The notes under the pieces are model-generated. The model did no database searches, had not been told where the DNA came from, and was given only the letters and a program-made list of their open reading frames with translations. Below, piece by piece: positions 18,896-29,551 of a stretch of DNA of 64,000 nt (its first letter is position 1; the number at the start of each line of letters is the position of its first letter). Location of the stretch: positions 178,208 through 242,207 of the forward strand of contig VRVR01000044.1 in assembly GCA_009859145.1 (NCBI GenBank), read 5' to 3'. This DNA is from Andalucia godoyi And28. Lineage: Eukaryota > Protista > Jakobida. Both the position numbers and the translations under genes were made by a program.

Positions 18896-21400
18896 ATGGG
18901 GCCAAACTGCTCTGCCAGAGAAGATGGAGAGCATCCACTATCATTAGCCCAGTCGAGGTCCGTATCGAGGCTGCACCTCGGATCGTCCTCGTCTTGCAAC
19001 ATTTCTTCACAGCCGAGCGAAGCTCCTGCTAGCTCGGTCGTTTCTGAATCACCTGCCTCGAGAATCCGGAGGTCTAAAGGGGTCCGTTCTCTGTCGCGAA
19101 TGAGTTCGACCAGAAGCACATTGAATCGTTTGGATGCTGAAATAACAGGGCTGACCCCGAGCAGCAGCGCCAGCATGAGGCCGGCGCACGAACAGGAGCT
19201 CGTCAATGCGCTTTTTTCCAAGTTTTCCAATGCTGAAGGCCATTCGGGCAGCGATCTCATGGAGGGCGGCGCGCTTGCACGTTCTGCGAGTGCTGCGTCT
19301 TGCTTGAAACCCAAACACCTTCGCGGAAACGATTCGCATCGAACGGTACCGGAAAGCAGGGTGGCGTCATCGTCGTCCACGAAGACGCTGGCGTTGAACG
19401 TCAATGTTCCGCCTACAAAGATGGCGAGCAAGTGCAGTATTTTACCAAGTTTGCACCAAAACAAGGATCGAGGTGGGCGAATCACTTCGTCTTTTCGGAA
19501 TCAGACAAGAGGACCGCCTCCATCGCCCGTATTGTCACAACTTCCCTTCGCAGATAATCTCGACTGTCTGCAGATTGTCGACCAACTGAAAGAAGGAGGC
19601 AACGGAGAAGGCGACGAAGAGCTTAAAAAGAAGACTGATGAGCGGACAAGGGTTTCTGCTCATTTCGTTGCCAAACTTCCACAGTGCAGCGAACTCCTCG
19701 GAAACATGCGCTGTTCAGCAGAAAGATCGGCGTTGGAGTGCGATACCGAGTCGGAGAGTCCTGCTGGGTCTCCTTGTGCGGCTGTCGGAAACATTTCGCA
19801 CCGGAAGCACAACCTTGCGGGTTCAGCATCCAGCAACGCCCCCGTAACGATCCCATCGTCCTGCTCCTCCACAGAGCCGCCTTCCTCTGTCGTGAGTCCT
19901 GCTGCCAAACACGGGAGTAATTCTTCCAGAAGCAAAGTCCCTCAGCTGGTGTCCCTTGGGTCGTCGATGTCTCTTCTTTCTCAAGCGTCGTCTGCACTGA
20001 CGCAGCTGTCTGCGGACAAATCAGAACACGCCTTGTGTGGGTCTCGTGAAGATTCGTCGTCGAATGTTCTTGGTGAGGATGCCGGCGTTTTCGCTGGGCA
20101 ATCTGACGATGGACAGCCGGGAACAGAATTCTCGACGGTTGCGGTTGCGGTTGCGGTTGCGATGCGTCCGCAAATGGTCGAACAACTCATCAATACAGCT
20201 CAACCATCCTCATCAAAGCTAGATTTGAAGCCCAATCGAGTATCAGTGCTCTCAAAGGTTAGCAACACCCTTTCTGCAACCGCCATTTCGTCGTCGTCTT
20301 CTGATACATACTCCTCTAAGATCAGAAATGATCAGGCTGGAAGAGACTACGTACTCAAAACGCCACGCTCCGCTCGTCAAGCGGTGTTTGGAGCGCCAAT
20401 GCCCCAACCAAAGGCGACCCTTCGCAACATTGTTGCGCTTCTTACATCGATTGAGAATCGTTCTGTTGTTTCCGCGAATGCCATTGCAAATTCGCAGTGG
20501 TCTGTGCAGGTAAGGGGTGAATCATCAACATCGTCACCATCGCGATTTGGACTGCACCGATCGTCCACTGTTTCGTTTCTTGATCGAAGCTCGCAGATGC
20601 AGGACATTGGGGGCATGATGGCTCCTGTCGAGGAAACGCTGACGGTTCTGTCGAAGCCCACATTGCAAGTTGCCAGTGTTCCGACATGCATTCCAAGCGG
20701 CCAAGTTCGCCTGACCGCCGACTTTTCTTGCCCGTTCCTCTCCACCATACCTGCGCATTGCATTTCCTCTTCCCAAATCCAAAGCTCTTCAAAAAACAGC
20801 AGCAACAGCAACAGCAACAACAACATCAGTGGGGCCAGCAGAGGTGGCGCGAAGACCGAAATTATTGTTCTTTCGCTCGAGAACTCCTTTTCGTTTCCAA
20901 TGCGATTGTGCGTATACTGTCTTGTTTCTCCAAGTGTGGTTCAAAATCTCTCCTTCTGCGTTCTTCCGCAGACCACATCGACGCTGACGCTGTGTGCGCT
21001 AGCGGTGTTGCGTGTTGAGGCAGTGCACGGTTGGTATCGAGCTGCATTCCAAGCCGTGGCGTCTTCGACAAACTACCGATCTGTGCATGTGGCCTTTGAC
21101 TTTGTCTCTCCTGAGCGTGCCGCCGAGCTGCGCAGATGCAGAAAGAGGCAAGTGAGTTCCGATGGCCGTGTTCCACAAATATTACAAGTCGTGGATATGA
21201 CAGTGCAGCTCGTCAGCCACGTCCGTGTCGGAAACGAGTGGCGCTGCATCAAGACTCGCAACGAGTTCATTCGGCACGACGGAGGACTCGAGTGCGACTG
21301 GAAAATATCAATTCCGCCTTCCATCTCCAGTGCAGTTCCCCTCTCCTGCCTTCCTACCGATACCTCTCTCTGCGTACGAACATCATTTGCGGATTCCTAA
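18896..21400 (+). CDS. Large Ser-rich uncharacterised protein with a structured C-terminal ~200 aa
   Basis: 834-codon ORF bounded by AT-rich spacers. No recognisable family motif. Confidence 0.65.
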   Translation: MGPNCSAREDGEHPLSLAQSRSVSRLHLGSSSSCNISSQPSEAPASSVVSESPASRIRRSKGVRSLSRMSSTRSTLNRLDAEITGLTPSSSASMRPAHEQELVNALFSKFSNAEGHSGSDLMEGGALARSASAASCLKPKHLRGNDSHRTVPESRVASSSSTKTLALNVNVPPTKMASKCSILPSLHQNKDRGGRITSSFRNQTRGPPPSPVLSQLPFADNLDCLQIVDQLKEGGNGEGDEELKKKTDERTRVSAHFVAKLPQCSELLGNMRCSAERSALECDTESESPAGSPCAAVGNISHRKHNLAGSASSNAPVTIPSSCSSTEPPSSVVSPAAKHGSNSSRSKVPQLVSLGSSMSLLSQASSALTQLSADKSEHALCGSREDSSSNVLGEDAGVFAGQSDDGQPGTEFSTVAVAVAVAMRPQMVEQLINTAQPSSSKLDLKPNRVSVLSKVSNTLSATAISSSSSDTYSSKIRNDQAGRDYVLKTPRSARQAVFGAPMPQPKATLRNIVALLTSIENRSVVSANAIANSQWSVQVRGESSTSSPSRFGLHRSSTVSFLDRSSQMQDIGGMMAPVEETLTVLSKPTLQVASVPTCIPSGQVRLTADFSCPFLSTIPAHCISSSQIQSSSKNSSNSNSNNNISGASRGGAKTEIIVLSLENSFSFPMRLCVYCLVSPSVVQNLSFCVLPQTTSTLTLCALAVLRVEAVHGWYRAAFQAVASSTNYRSVHVAFDFVSPERAAELRRCRKRQVSSDGRVPQILQVVDMTVQLVSHVRVGNEWRCIKTRNEFIRHDGGLECDWKISIPPSISSAVPLSCLPTDTSLCVRTSFADS

Positions 21401-21553
21401 ACCATTATCCATTTTTATCCGAACATTTTTAAATGAAAAGAAATTTAAGAAGGAGGGGGAAAATAACACACCTCGTGTGAAGCACTTCTCTTTTTTTCCA
21501 TTCTTCTGTTTACTACTGCTGTCTGTGATGCAGAGAGTACACACACACACTCC

Positions 21554-21584
<31 letters not shown>

Positions 21585-21651
21585 TATTTGGCAATTCCCT
21601 ATGTACATCCGTGCGTGCCAAAGAGTGGAGGAGAGTTCGTTGACTGTTGAG

Positions 21652-22104
21652 CTATGCAAAGGAGTGTACTCGTTTGATCGAGTACATGGTGACGAGGCAA
21701 AGGAGCATTTGCGTGCAGTTGACAGCAAGCATGATTGCGCCAATGACGAAATCGAGCTGGAGCACATAGATCTGAAGCGACATGTAGTAGACGTTCGCGA
21801 CGATGATTCCGACCGACAGCACGAGAAATCCAATCAACGGTCGTATTCGCTCGAGCTTGTTTCCCATGTTTCCAAGCAGCAATCGAACCGATTCGACGAA
21901 TGCATAGATGAATAAAAATGCGATTTCCCAGCCGTATGCGTCTCCACCGGACGATGACGACGACGATGACGGATACGGAAGAAGGACGCCCTTGTAGATC
22001 AGATCAGCAAGATTGATAATCAGATAAGGAACTGTAAAATACGCTCCGCAAAAAAGAAGCATTTGAAAAGGCAGCGACGATGTCCACTGCTCACGCCGCC
22101 TCAT
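21652..22104 (-). CDS. TMEM216: Ciliary transition-zone membrane protein, TMEM216/TMEM80 (Transmemb_17) family
   Basis: SSLPFQMLLF, YKGVLLPYP, RLLLGNMGNK and YYMSLQIYVLQLD match the TMEM216 pattern (YKGVLLPYP, RLFFGTKGN, YYLLLQTYVLRLE). Confidence 0.85.
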   Translation of the reverse strand: MRRREQWTSSLPFQMLLFCGAYFTVPYLIINLADLIYKGVLLPYPSSSSSSSGGDAYGWEIAFLFIYAFVESVRLLLGNMGNKLERIRPLIGFLVLSVGIIVANVYYMSLQIYVLQLDFVIGAIMLAVNCTQMLLCLVTMYSIKRVHSFA

Positions 22105-22299
22105 CCTCGTCACACCCTGCTCCTTCTCCTAGGAAAAAAGAAATAATTTTCAAGAATAATTCCAAAAAGTAATCTGAATAATTGGGATAATTGGATTTGG
22201 TAAATGTTTTTTTTTGTATTTTTGTATTTTTGTATTTTTGTGTTCTGTTTTTTATTTTTGTTGAAAAATGAATTGAGAAACGGATGACCGTTTTGTTTC

Positions 22300-22930
22300 A
22301 TGAGCATCAAACAGCATCTTACTGGAAGCTTATGTTGATCTAACCCTATGGAGACGCGATGTTCCTACCGTAGTCAAGTCTAGAATTTCTCATTTTTTCC
22401 CTTCACTTTGTTTTTCCCTTTCTTTCTATGATTTCTGTTTGTTGGTGTTTTATAATCGAACCCTCAAGCAGAACCGCATCAGAGACAGAACGTCTCATGG
22501 CTCCAAAGAGGGATCTTCTCAACAAACTCAATCCGGCCATGCCCTGAAGATAGCGAGAACCAAGGAACCCGTGGATTCCCTTCTCGTCGCAACTTGCTGA
22601 GCAAGCTGATGATCATCAAATCACGAAGATGTGATCGATTGCGCGTTTGGAATGCGCTTTCAAGTCAGAGAACAAGAAGGAGCAAAGGCAAAAGCGTGGC
22701 CAGGCGCGATGTGTCGCACCGCCGACCACATTCTGTTTCCTCCAACGTTCATTTTTTTGGAATGTTGAATCGATTGCGGAGTATGTTGGTTGCGCGATTG
22801 CCCTTTGACTGCATTGAAGAATTGGTGCTCGCCCCAATTAACAAAAACAAAAACAAAAACAAAAACAAAAACAAAAACATGTGGCTTGGATCCTGTCTTT
22901 GGCGGCAGCGTAGTCGATGACGAAAACGAG
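22300..22930 (-). repeat. Dispersed repeat family A, copy 1 (reverse orientation, with a ~180 bp internal insertion)
   Basis: CCTACCGTAGTCAAGTCTAGAA (22354-22385 region), GGCTCCAAAGAGGGATCTT, CTGCATTGAAGA and ACATGTGGCTTGGATCC are reverse complements of blocks in the copies at 28.8, 56.2 and 62.3 kb. Confidence 0.85.
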
Positions 22931-23130
22931 CGGAGCGGAAGGATGCAAACAAGGCGGCTACCCTCAAGTTGTCTGGAATTGATGCTGCAGACAGAAAATC
23001 CGGACTCTTTTTCCCTCGGCGTTTCTGTCAGCTGTGTTTCTTTTGAATTCCGGTATTGGGTTAATAGAATAATGGAAATAGAAGAAAAGAAAGGAAAGAA
23101 AAACGACAATAACAAACAAACAAAAAGGAC

Positions 23131-23844
23131 ATGTCCATTCGAGAAAAAATAGCGACGAAACCAGCGTTTAAGTTGTATGTCGATTCACCGTACACGACCC
23201 GTCTTCGGGTTCCCAATGCCCTCTCGCTGAAGATGATCGAAGAGATCCTGAACAGCGTGCCACCGCCCGTAGCCAGCCCCTCGGCGACCGTTATTGGCCT
23301 ATCGGCGTGCATACGAGCGTTGCAGCAACAGAAGCTCGGTCTGCTGTTCGTGGCGGGATCCGTGCGACATCCGCCATTTCCGTCATCGTCATCGTCGTCG
23401 TCATCAACAACGGCTTCGAAATCGACGCATCCCCAAGCACACGAGGACGAGGAGTCGTCGGCAACGGTGGATCTTGCAGGAGGCCTTCCGCGGTCCATGA
23501 CGGCCCATCTTGTGCACTTGTGTCGGGCTTCCGACTGCGCATTGTGTGTTCTTCCTGGCGGAAAGCCCGTCCTTCACCGCCTCTTTTCACACCTCATCCT
23601 TGATCAGGCATCCTCCTCCTCCTCCTCGTCGTCGATACAAAAGAGCAGACGCAAAAAGGAGACGAAAAGCGTGTCGATCGTGGGAATTCGAAAGAGTGCT
23701 GACAAAGATGATGCAGAGTGGGCGAGAAGGATTATCGCGCTCTGCCCGGATGCATACATTCCATGGCTCGTGCCAGGCCGCTTCTACGCCCCGAAAACCA
23801 TTCTTCGGAAATCCGGTGTCCATTCCCATCCACAAGAACAGTAG
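23131..23844 (+). CDS. L7Ae-fold protein, probable RNase P/MRP subunit RPP38/POP3-like
   Basis: VIGLSACIRALQQQKLGLLFV...MTAHLVHLCRASDCALCVL resembles the RPP38 L7Ae segment. Confidence 0.6.
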   Translation: MSIREKIATKPAFKLYVDSPYTTRLRVPNALSLKMIEEILNSVPPPVASPSATVIGLSACIRALQQQKLGLLFVAGSVRHPPFPSSSSSSSSTTASKSTHPQAHEDEESSATVDLAGGLPRSMTAHLVHLCRASDCALCVLPGGKPVLHRLFSHLILDQASSSSSSSSIQKSRRKKETKSVSIVGIRKSADKDDAEWARRIIALCPDAYIPWLVPGRFYAPKTILRKSGVHSHPQEQ

Positions 23845-23907
23845 AATAAACATTAAAAATAAATAATGCTGATAGTAATAAGATGAAAAGAGAAAGCAAA
23901 AGCAGAC

Positions 23908-24512
23908 CTAGATGCGGGATTGCTTGATCCAGTGGGAAAACAACTGAAGCAGAAACTGGCAATCCTTTTCATAATCGCGGTTCGCCAGCGCCTGGAACAC
24001 AGCGACTCTTCTCTTCTTGTTCGCACTTCCCTCATCGCCCCTCCTTCCTTGCTGCCGCCTCTTCTTCTGCATTCTGGCTCCACCACTCTCTTCGTGCTCT
24101 TCGTGCTTCTCCTCCTCTTTTCCGACCATTACAACGTCACCAGCGCCATCCTTGCCATCGTCCTTGGACTGATAGTTTTCGTCTGCGTGGGACGAGCCGA
24201 CAGGTTGGTCGGTCTGCGCAGACTGGAGCAGCTGTGCCTTCTCCATTGTCGGAAACCTCTTTTTACGCTCTTCAAGATACGTCTCTAGATCAAGAACTTC
24301 GACAAACGGAATTCCATCGCGGTTCGACACTCGGTGACCCTTCCCACTCGCCGGCGTCGGTGTCGCATTCCCACCCCGCCCTCTTCCTCTCCCTTTTCCT
24401 CCTCCCCTTCCTCTCCCTCTTTCCCTTCCCCTCTCCCGTCCTCTGTCTCGCTCTGGGCCACTCAGTCCTGCAGTGGCAGCAGCGTTTACAACAGATGCTG
24501 GACCAAGCACTG

Positions 24513-24543
<31 letters not shown>

Positions 24544-24606
24544 TGATGATGATGGAGGTGGCGGTGGCGGTGGGGCAATGAGGGGAATCGGGATTGGTCG
24601 GCTCAT
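23908..24606 (-). CDS. NUFIP1/Rsa1-like box C/D snoRNP assembly factor
   Basis: LETYLEERKKRFPT resembles the NUFIP1 conserved W/Y-x-EERKKxYPT motif. RG-rich low-complexity N-terminus. Confidence 0.6.
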
Positions 24607-25195
24607 TTTGCTTTCAAGAGATCGATCTCGCGGTGAAGGTCACAACTCGCAAGCCTTTCACGCGCGAGAGAAGCAGCACGAAAGAGCCAAAAATAAAATA
24701 ATAGCAATAATAACACGAAAAGACGACAAAAGAAAAAATGTGCATGAAAGAGAAACGTGCTGGAAGAATCAAGCGCCAAGCATCAATTTCGGCGGGGGTA
24801 CAGTACGATCAAGGATCCTCCGCCTCTTCCAAAAAAGGAAATCTGTCCTACTCGGCGTGCCTAAGAAAAGACTGCACTACAGTACTTCGTTTCCCCCCGT
24901 TTTTCTTTTCTGTCTTTCTCAACTTGGATCCGTTTTTAGCTTTTCCCGCAAGAAACGCAAAAGCAAAAGGCTCGGTCCGCTGTTTCTTGTCGTGAAAATG
25001 CCTCACATACAGCATCGCACAGTGATCTTTTGCATCCCGTTCTTGTGCGCCGGTACTACTTTCGACGTGCTTGTTTCTTCGACTCTAGAGATCTCACCGA
25101 TACTTGCTCTTGGGTTTTGTTTTGTTTAGTTTTGTGTTTCTTTTCATTTTTTCATTATTAAATTTTGAACAAGCGGTCCAGCTTGCTTTGTGCAT

Positions 25196-26296
25196 ATGAT
25201 CGCGTCGCCGTCATCTCCACCATCATCGTCTGGACGTCGTCAACATAAAAGAGGACCACTGAATCGGTGGTCTGAGAATGAGGATTTGCAGCTTGTATGT
25301 GCCATCCAAGTGCATGGAACGTCGAACTGGTCGATCATCCGCAATGCAGTTGGCTCATCCAAGACTGTTGCATCGTGTTACCAGCGCTGGAACCGCGTCA
25401 TCAATCCGGCTCTTTCGAAGGGCCCGTTTTCCATAGAGGAGTACAGACGGCTTGCATTGGGCGTGATCGTGGAAGGAGAACAGTGGGCCAAGGTCGCAGA
25501 ATTGCTTCCGGGTCGCACAGACACACAGTGCAGAGCACGCTGGATGCAGGTCAAGCGCCAGAAGCATCCGCTGTATAGATTCCTTACACGGATGGTCCTC
25601 GGGTGGAAATCGAGCGCAGAGAGAGACGCGAATGCGGCGCTGCTGAGGAATCCAGAGTGGGCCCGCAGGCACTTTCCGGAACTTCCCGTCGCAGCGATGA
25701 TGCTTCACGTACAGTCTCAGCGAGCATTGCAGTCGAGCGCACCGGCGGATGTGGCATGCATGGCATGCAGCACAGAGGGCACGTCATCGTCAGTCGCCGC
25801 CAATTGCAGCTGGCTCTGCCTTGAGAACCGACCAAGAGCATCATCATCACTGGTTTCTTCTTATTTCTCTGACAGTGACCATACTGCGGACAATGGGCAG
25901 AGCATCCACGGGTGTCCCATGCAGGTGCCAAGAGGTGCGGCGTGCACGAGGACGTCGACCTCATCTACGTACGCGGCGAAGGGGTGCTCTGGTGCAGTAA
26001 ACCCTGATGAACAACAGCAGCTGTCAAGTGACGAAAGTGTGCACGATGCGACGCCGGACGCTGCCGTAGCCGTAGCCGTAGCGACAGCGGCACTCGCCGA
26101 AGTGGATGTTGACGTTGACGTTGACGTTTCTGCACTCTCTTGTGCCGACACCGACTACTCTACGACCGTCACGATCGGAAATCTGATTTCGCAGTGTGCA
26201 TCCCGGACACACTGTAGCGAGACGGCACGAAGCGATACCAGCTTCGAGGACGAATATGCATTTGAAGATCCGTTTACGTCGTCGTCATGCATCTGA
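25196..26296 (+). CDS. R2R3-type Myb transcription factor
   Basis: RWSENEDLQL...HGTSNWSII...CYQRWNRVINPALSKGPFSIEE...QWAKVAELLPGRTDTQCRARW. Confidence 0.93.
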   Translation: MIASPSSPPSSSGRRQHKRGPLNRWSENEDLQLVCAIQVHGTSNWSIIRNAVGSSKTVASCYQRWNRVINPALSKGPFSIEEYRRLALGVIVEGEQWAKVAELLPGRTDTQCRARWMQVKRQKHPLYRFLTRMVLGWKSSAERDANAALLRNPEWARRHFPELPVAAMMLHVQSQRALQSSAPADVACMACSTEGTSSSVAANCSWLCLENRPRASSSLVSSYFSDSDHTADNGQSIHGCPMQVPRGAACTRTSTSSTYAAKGCSGAVNPDEQQQLSSDESVHDATPDAAVAVAVATAALAEVDVDVDVDVSALSCADTDYSTTVTIGNLISQCASRTHCSETARSDTSFEDEYAFEDPFTSSSCI

Positions 26297-26353
26297 AAAA
26301 AGTCGAATTTTCCCCTGTCGCTGTTCGCTGTCGCCTGGGACGTTTGTTTTTCG

Positions 26354-26865
26354 CCTACATTGTACACTGAGTGTGCATGACCATCGCTAGTCATGCCGTA
26401 ACCACTGTTGCAACCTGGGCCATGTCGTCATGGACTGGACGGGGGGGGGATCAGCCCCAACACGTCTCGCGGCGTTCTTAGAATAAATGTTGTTGCACGC
26501 ATCCATTCCAATCGCGGACAATCCGGCATGAACACTGCGACATGCAAACACCCTCCAGTCCAGCGTTTCTTCCCTTCTGCCGGCTCCCTCCGCACCATAC
26601 GAAACGGGTCGAATTTCGGAAGTAGAATGCAGTCATACTCCCTCGCACAGCCATTTTGCAAGCCTGCGATGCATGTCCGCCGTCAGGTTGCAGATCTGCT
26701 GACGTATCCGCAATCACGCGCCTCTTGTCGAAATGGGACTTGGTTCTCGTCCCGCACGCCACTCAGTTGTGGAATGGACACGCCCCTGCGGTGGCCCAGC
26801 GTCACGGAAATGCCATACGTCTTGCGTAGCATGGCAGGGAATCATGGACACTTGCATCGCGTGGT
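26354..26865 (-). mobile_element. Decayed Fanzor2 element with RuvC-region remnants and a conserved right end
   Basis: The minus strand reads LRIRQQICNLTADMHRRLAKWLCE, then after a frameshift EYDCILLPKFDPFRMVRR, then a degenerate RDWNG..NIY.KN, then the right end ...AGTGTACAATGTAGG ending at 26354. Confidence 0.88.
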
Positions 26866-27263
26866 AAAAGAAAAGAAAACATGAACCGGCTATTCCGCCT
26901 AAACAGCCTCGAACCTTGGGTTGTTAAACGAGCAAACCCGGATTCACACTTCGTTTGCTTGCTGTTTTCGTACGTTCATGCATGTTGTTGTCGTCGTCTT
27001 TGTGAGAAACGGCTTGCCCTTTCCTTCTCCTTCTCCTTCTCCTTCTCCTTCTTTTTCTTTTTCTTTTTCTTTTCTTTTCTTTTTCTTTTCTTAATTTTCT
27101 TTTCTTAATTTTCTTTTCTTAATTTTCTTATTATTATTATTTTGGGATGGGGAATGTCCATTCTTTTTCGCCCCCCTTCTTTCCCTGCTCTTTCGTGTGA
27201 ACAATAATCATCTGCAAAAGAGAAGAGAGTTAAGTAATTACTACTTTTTTGAATAATAGTACA

Positions 27264-28637
27264 ATGGCTTCTGATGCCATCGAGATCGTCGTGGTGCTCC
27301 TATTTGTTTTTTCCGGCGCATACTGTGCATCAATCCTATGGTGCTTCTTTTTCCGCCATCCAAAAGAAAATCTTGGCGGCGATGTCGCTCAGCAGGAGCA
27401 AGAGACTACCGGTCTTCTTTCAGCATCGCGGCGGTCCATCTTCCAGCCGCATGTCACCAAGGATTTCACACGCATTATCCAAGCGTCGCACGCTGCGGCG
27501 TCGATTTTTCTGTTGCCACGCACCAAGACCGCGTTGTGGCTGTGTGCCATTACAGTCTTCCTGCTAAACTTTGTGGCTGTGAGCATCATGCTTCCTATTG
27601 CGATCATGAATGGGCAGTTTACAGGAAGTGGGTCCACGGTGTATGTTGAGGAGTTGTGGCTGGCATGCTCAAACGCGGTGTACCCCTGTGCGGTTTGGTT
27701 CGCGGCGCAGTCCTTGCTAGGGCATTTCTCCGTCAAAGGCAAGCAAAGGGCAGAAGCAGAATGGTATGCTTCGGCACTGCGTCGCAGCGGCGTCGCGTTT
27801 GGATGGCGCAACTTTCGGCATCTTGATGTTGGATACCTTGCCTGTAACTTTGCTTTCGGTGTTGTGTGGTCAGTGCTTAATACCGGTTCATCGTCGATGC
27901 TTACGGATGCCGGCTATCCCTTATGGAGCGGCATCATGCTAGCCATTACCATCCAAGTGTTCATGAGTGTTCCGTATTGGATTGCCAACATGGTGTTGCG
28001 ACGTGCGATGCTTTTCTACCGTGAGACCTGCATCCATGCCAGCGATTGCATGAGCGATGTGCAGGAATCTGCTGGCGACGCGAGCACCGTGTTAAGATAC
28101 AAGTCGTTTGCTGGGTTTTTCTTGCTTCAGAAGAGATCCGTCGTTCTGGTCTCGAGGTCGTCGGGCGCTGCTCTTGTCGTCTTCATCGTCGTCAATCTCT
28201 TTGCCATTGCCAATGCGCTGGTATCCATCTTGCTGGGTCTCGAGGATCGTGTCCAGCACGGGACAATGTTTTACTACTCGCTGCTCACCAGCATCCTGGA
28301 TATGATGTTTGTGTTTTGGCCGTGCTTTGCAGGAAGCACGCTTCGAAGCGCCTTTGACCAAGTCGAAGTCGTTTGCTTCGTGCTGAGAAGCCAGCTGCTG
28401 CAGCCGCAGGCTTTGAATACACTGTCTCGACCGCACGATGACTTCAAGCATATTTCGCGGTATGGTGCTCTCCACCCAGACGAAGATTGGCGCATCCATA
28501 TCGGTGCAAATGAGCTCTCTCTTACTTCGGCCACTGCAGTCATTTTTGCATTGCTCATCGCAATCATACGGATTCTAGCGTCGGCCGAGAATAGCGCCAC
28601 GCTGCAAGACGCTTTCCGTTCCTTGTTTGTCTCATAA
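27264..28637 (+). CDS. Multi-pass membrane protein (about 7 TM), possibly 7TM ion channel/GRL-like
   Basis: Multiple hydrophobic helices. C-terminal RIHIGANELSLTSATAVIFALLIAIIRIL. No signal peptide. Confidence 0.7.
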   Translation: MASDAIEIVVVLLFVFSGAYCASILWCFFFRHPKENLGGDVAQQEQETTGLLSASRRSIFQPHVTKDFTRIIQASHAAASIFLLPRTKTALWLCAITVFLLNFVAVSIMLPIAIMNGQFTGSGSTVYVEELWLACSNAVYPCAVWFAAQSLLGHFSVKGKQRAEAEWYASALRRSGVAFGWRNFRHLDVGYLACNFAFGVVWSVLNTGSSSMLTDAGYPLWSGIMLAITIQVFMSVPYWIANMVLRRAMLFYRETCIHASDCMSDVQESAGDASTVLRYKSFAGFFLLQKRSVVLVSRSSGAALVVFIVVNLFAIANALVSILLGLEDRVQHGTMFYYSLLTSILDMMFVFWPCFAGSTLRSAFDQVEVVCFVLRSQLLQPQALNTLSRPHDDFKHISRYGALHPDEDWRIHIGANELSLTSATAVIFALLIAIIRILASAENSATLQDAFRSLFVS

Positions 28638-28760
28638 CTCGTAACATGCGTGTCACACGCACCGACACGCCTCCCTATCCTGCCACCATCAGTAGACAAA
28701 CACACGCCACCGCTGAGACGAAAAATGAGCATCGTCAATCGTCAGCGACGGCGGTTGCTG

Positions 28761-29050
28761 CCGCTCGCCAAAACATGAATCATTATTAATCATCATCGGG
28801 CTAAGTTGTCACCGAAGCCAGACCCAAGCCACATGTTTTTCCGTTTTTTGCTTTTATTTGATGCGAGCGCCCCAACTCTTCAATGCAGATTGCTCTGCAC
28901 CAAAGGGTCGTCGCAACTACGAGCTTCTTGGTTCTCGGCATCTTCCGTCATGGCCGGTTTTGAGTTTGCTGGGAAGACTCTTTGGAGCCAGTAGAAAGAG
29001 GACAAAGTGAAGAAAGAACTACGGTAAGAATAGTCAAAAGCTGTCAGCCG
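28761..29050 (+). repeat. Dispersed repeat family A, copy 2 (internally deleted)
   Basis: About 215 bp from ACATGAATCATTATTAATC to TTTGGAGCCA is nearly identical to 56208-56426. Ends ACTACGGTA..AAGCTGTCAGCCG. Confidence 0.92.
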
Positions 29051-29308
29051 CTGCCACATATTGCGATATGATGAAGCAATCCAAAGCGCACGCAAACAAA
29101 AACACTGCCACGCTCCATGCGCATGCGCATGCGTTTGTTACGGTATCTTGACAACTCCGTCACACGATGCCCGATTCGTTTCGCCTCATTTTGATCATGA
29201 AATCCCTGTAAACACGCCGCCGCGTTGCATTATGCATGTTGTTGGGTTGCAACATTTTTGATTATGGGTGATCAGCGATGATTATCCGTGGTTAGTGTAC
29301 AGTGTAGG
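29051..29308 (+). mobile_element. Minimal non-autonomous Fanzor2-derived element (left end + right end only)
   Basis: 29051-29230 matches 37850-38027 and 29231-29308 matches 38223-38297. The Fanzor-derived middle is deleted at a GCAT-like microhomology. Ends TTAGTGTACAGTGTAGG. Confidence 0.8.
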
Positions 29309-29551
29309 TGGTTGGTGGGCGGCAGTTTTCTTTGCTGATGTCGCCAGATGTCGTCCATCATCAAGCTGAACAAGCCAATGCTGCACTGTAAGCGTTTCAC
29401 GCAGTCTCCGACACTCGAGAACCAAAAAAGGAGTTTTCCGCTCCGGATGCCTCCCGAGTCCCGACGCTTGTGCGTGTTTTCCGGCCCCTTCCGCAGTTCC
29501 CGACTTTTCTCCTGCCTTTTCCCTCCCCGGCATACATGCTGCCTTCTTGTC

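Noticed and set aside
22878-22905. CGLDPVFG in repeat A as a possible RuvC-I (DPG) motif of Fanzor
   Set aside because: Does not fit hh-x-DPG-x-R-x-F, is followed by stops in other copies, and in the composite locus it lies opposite to the Fanzor orientation.
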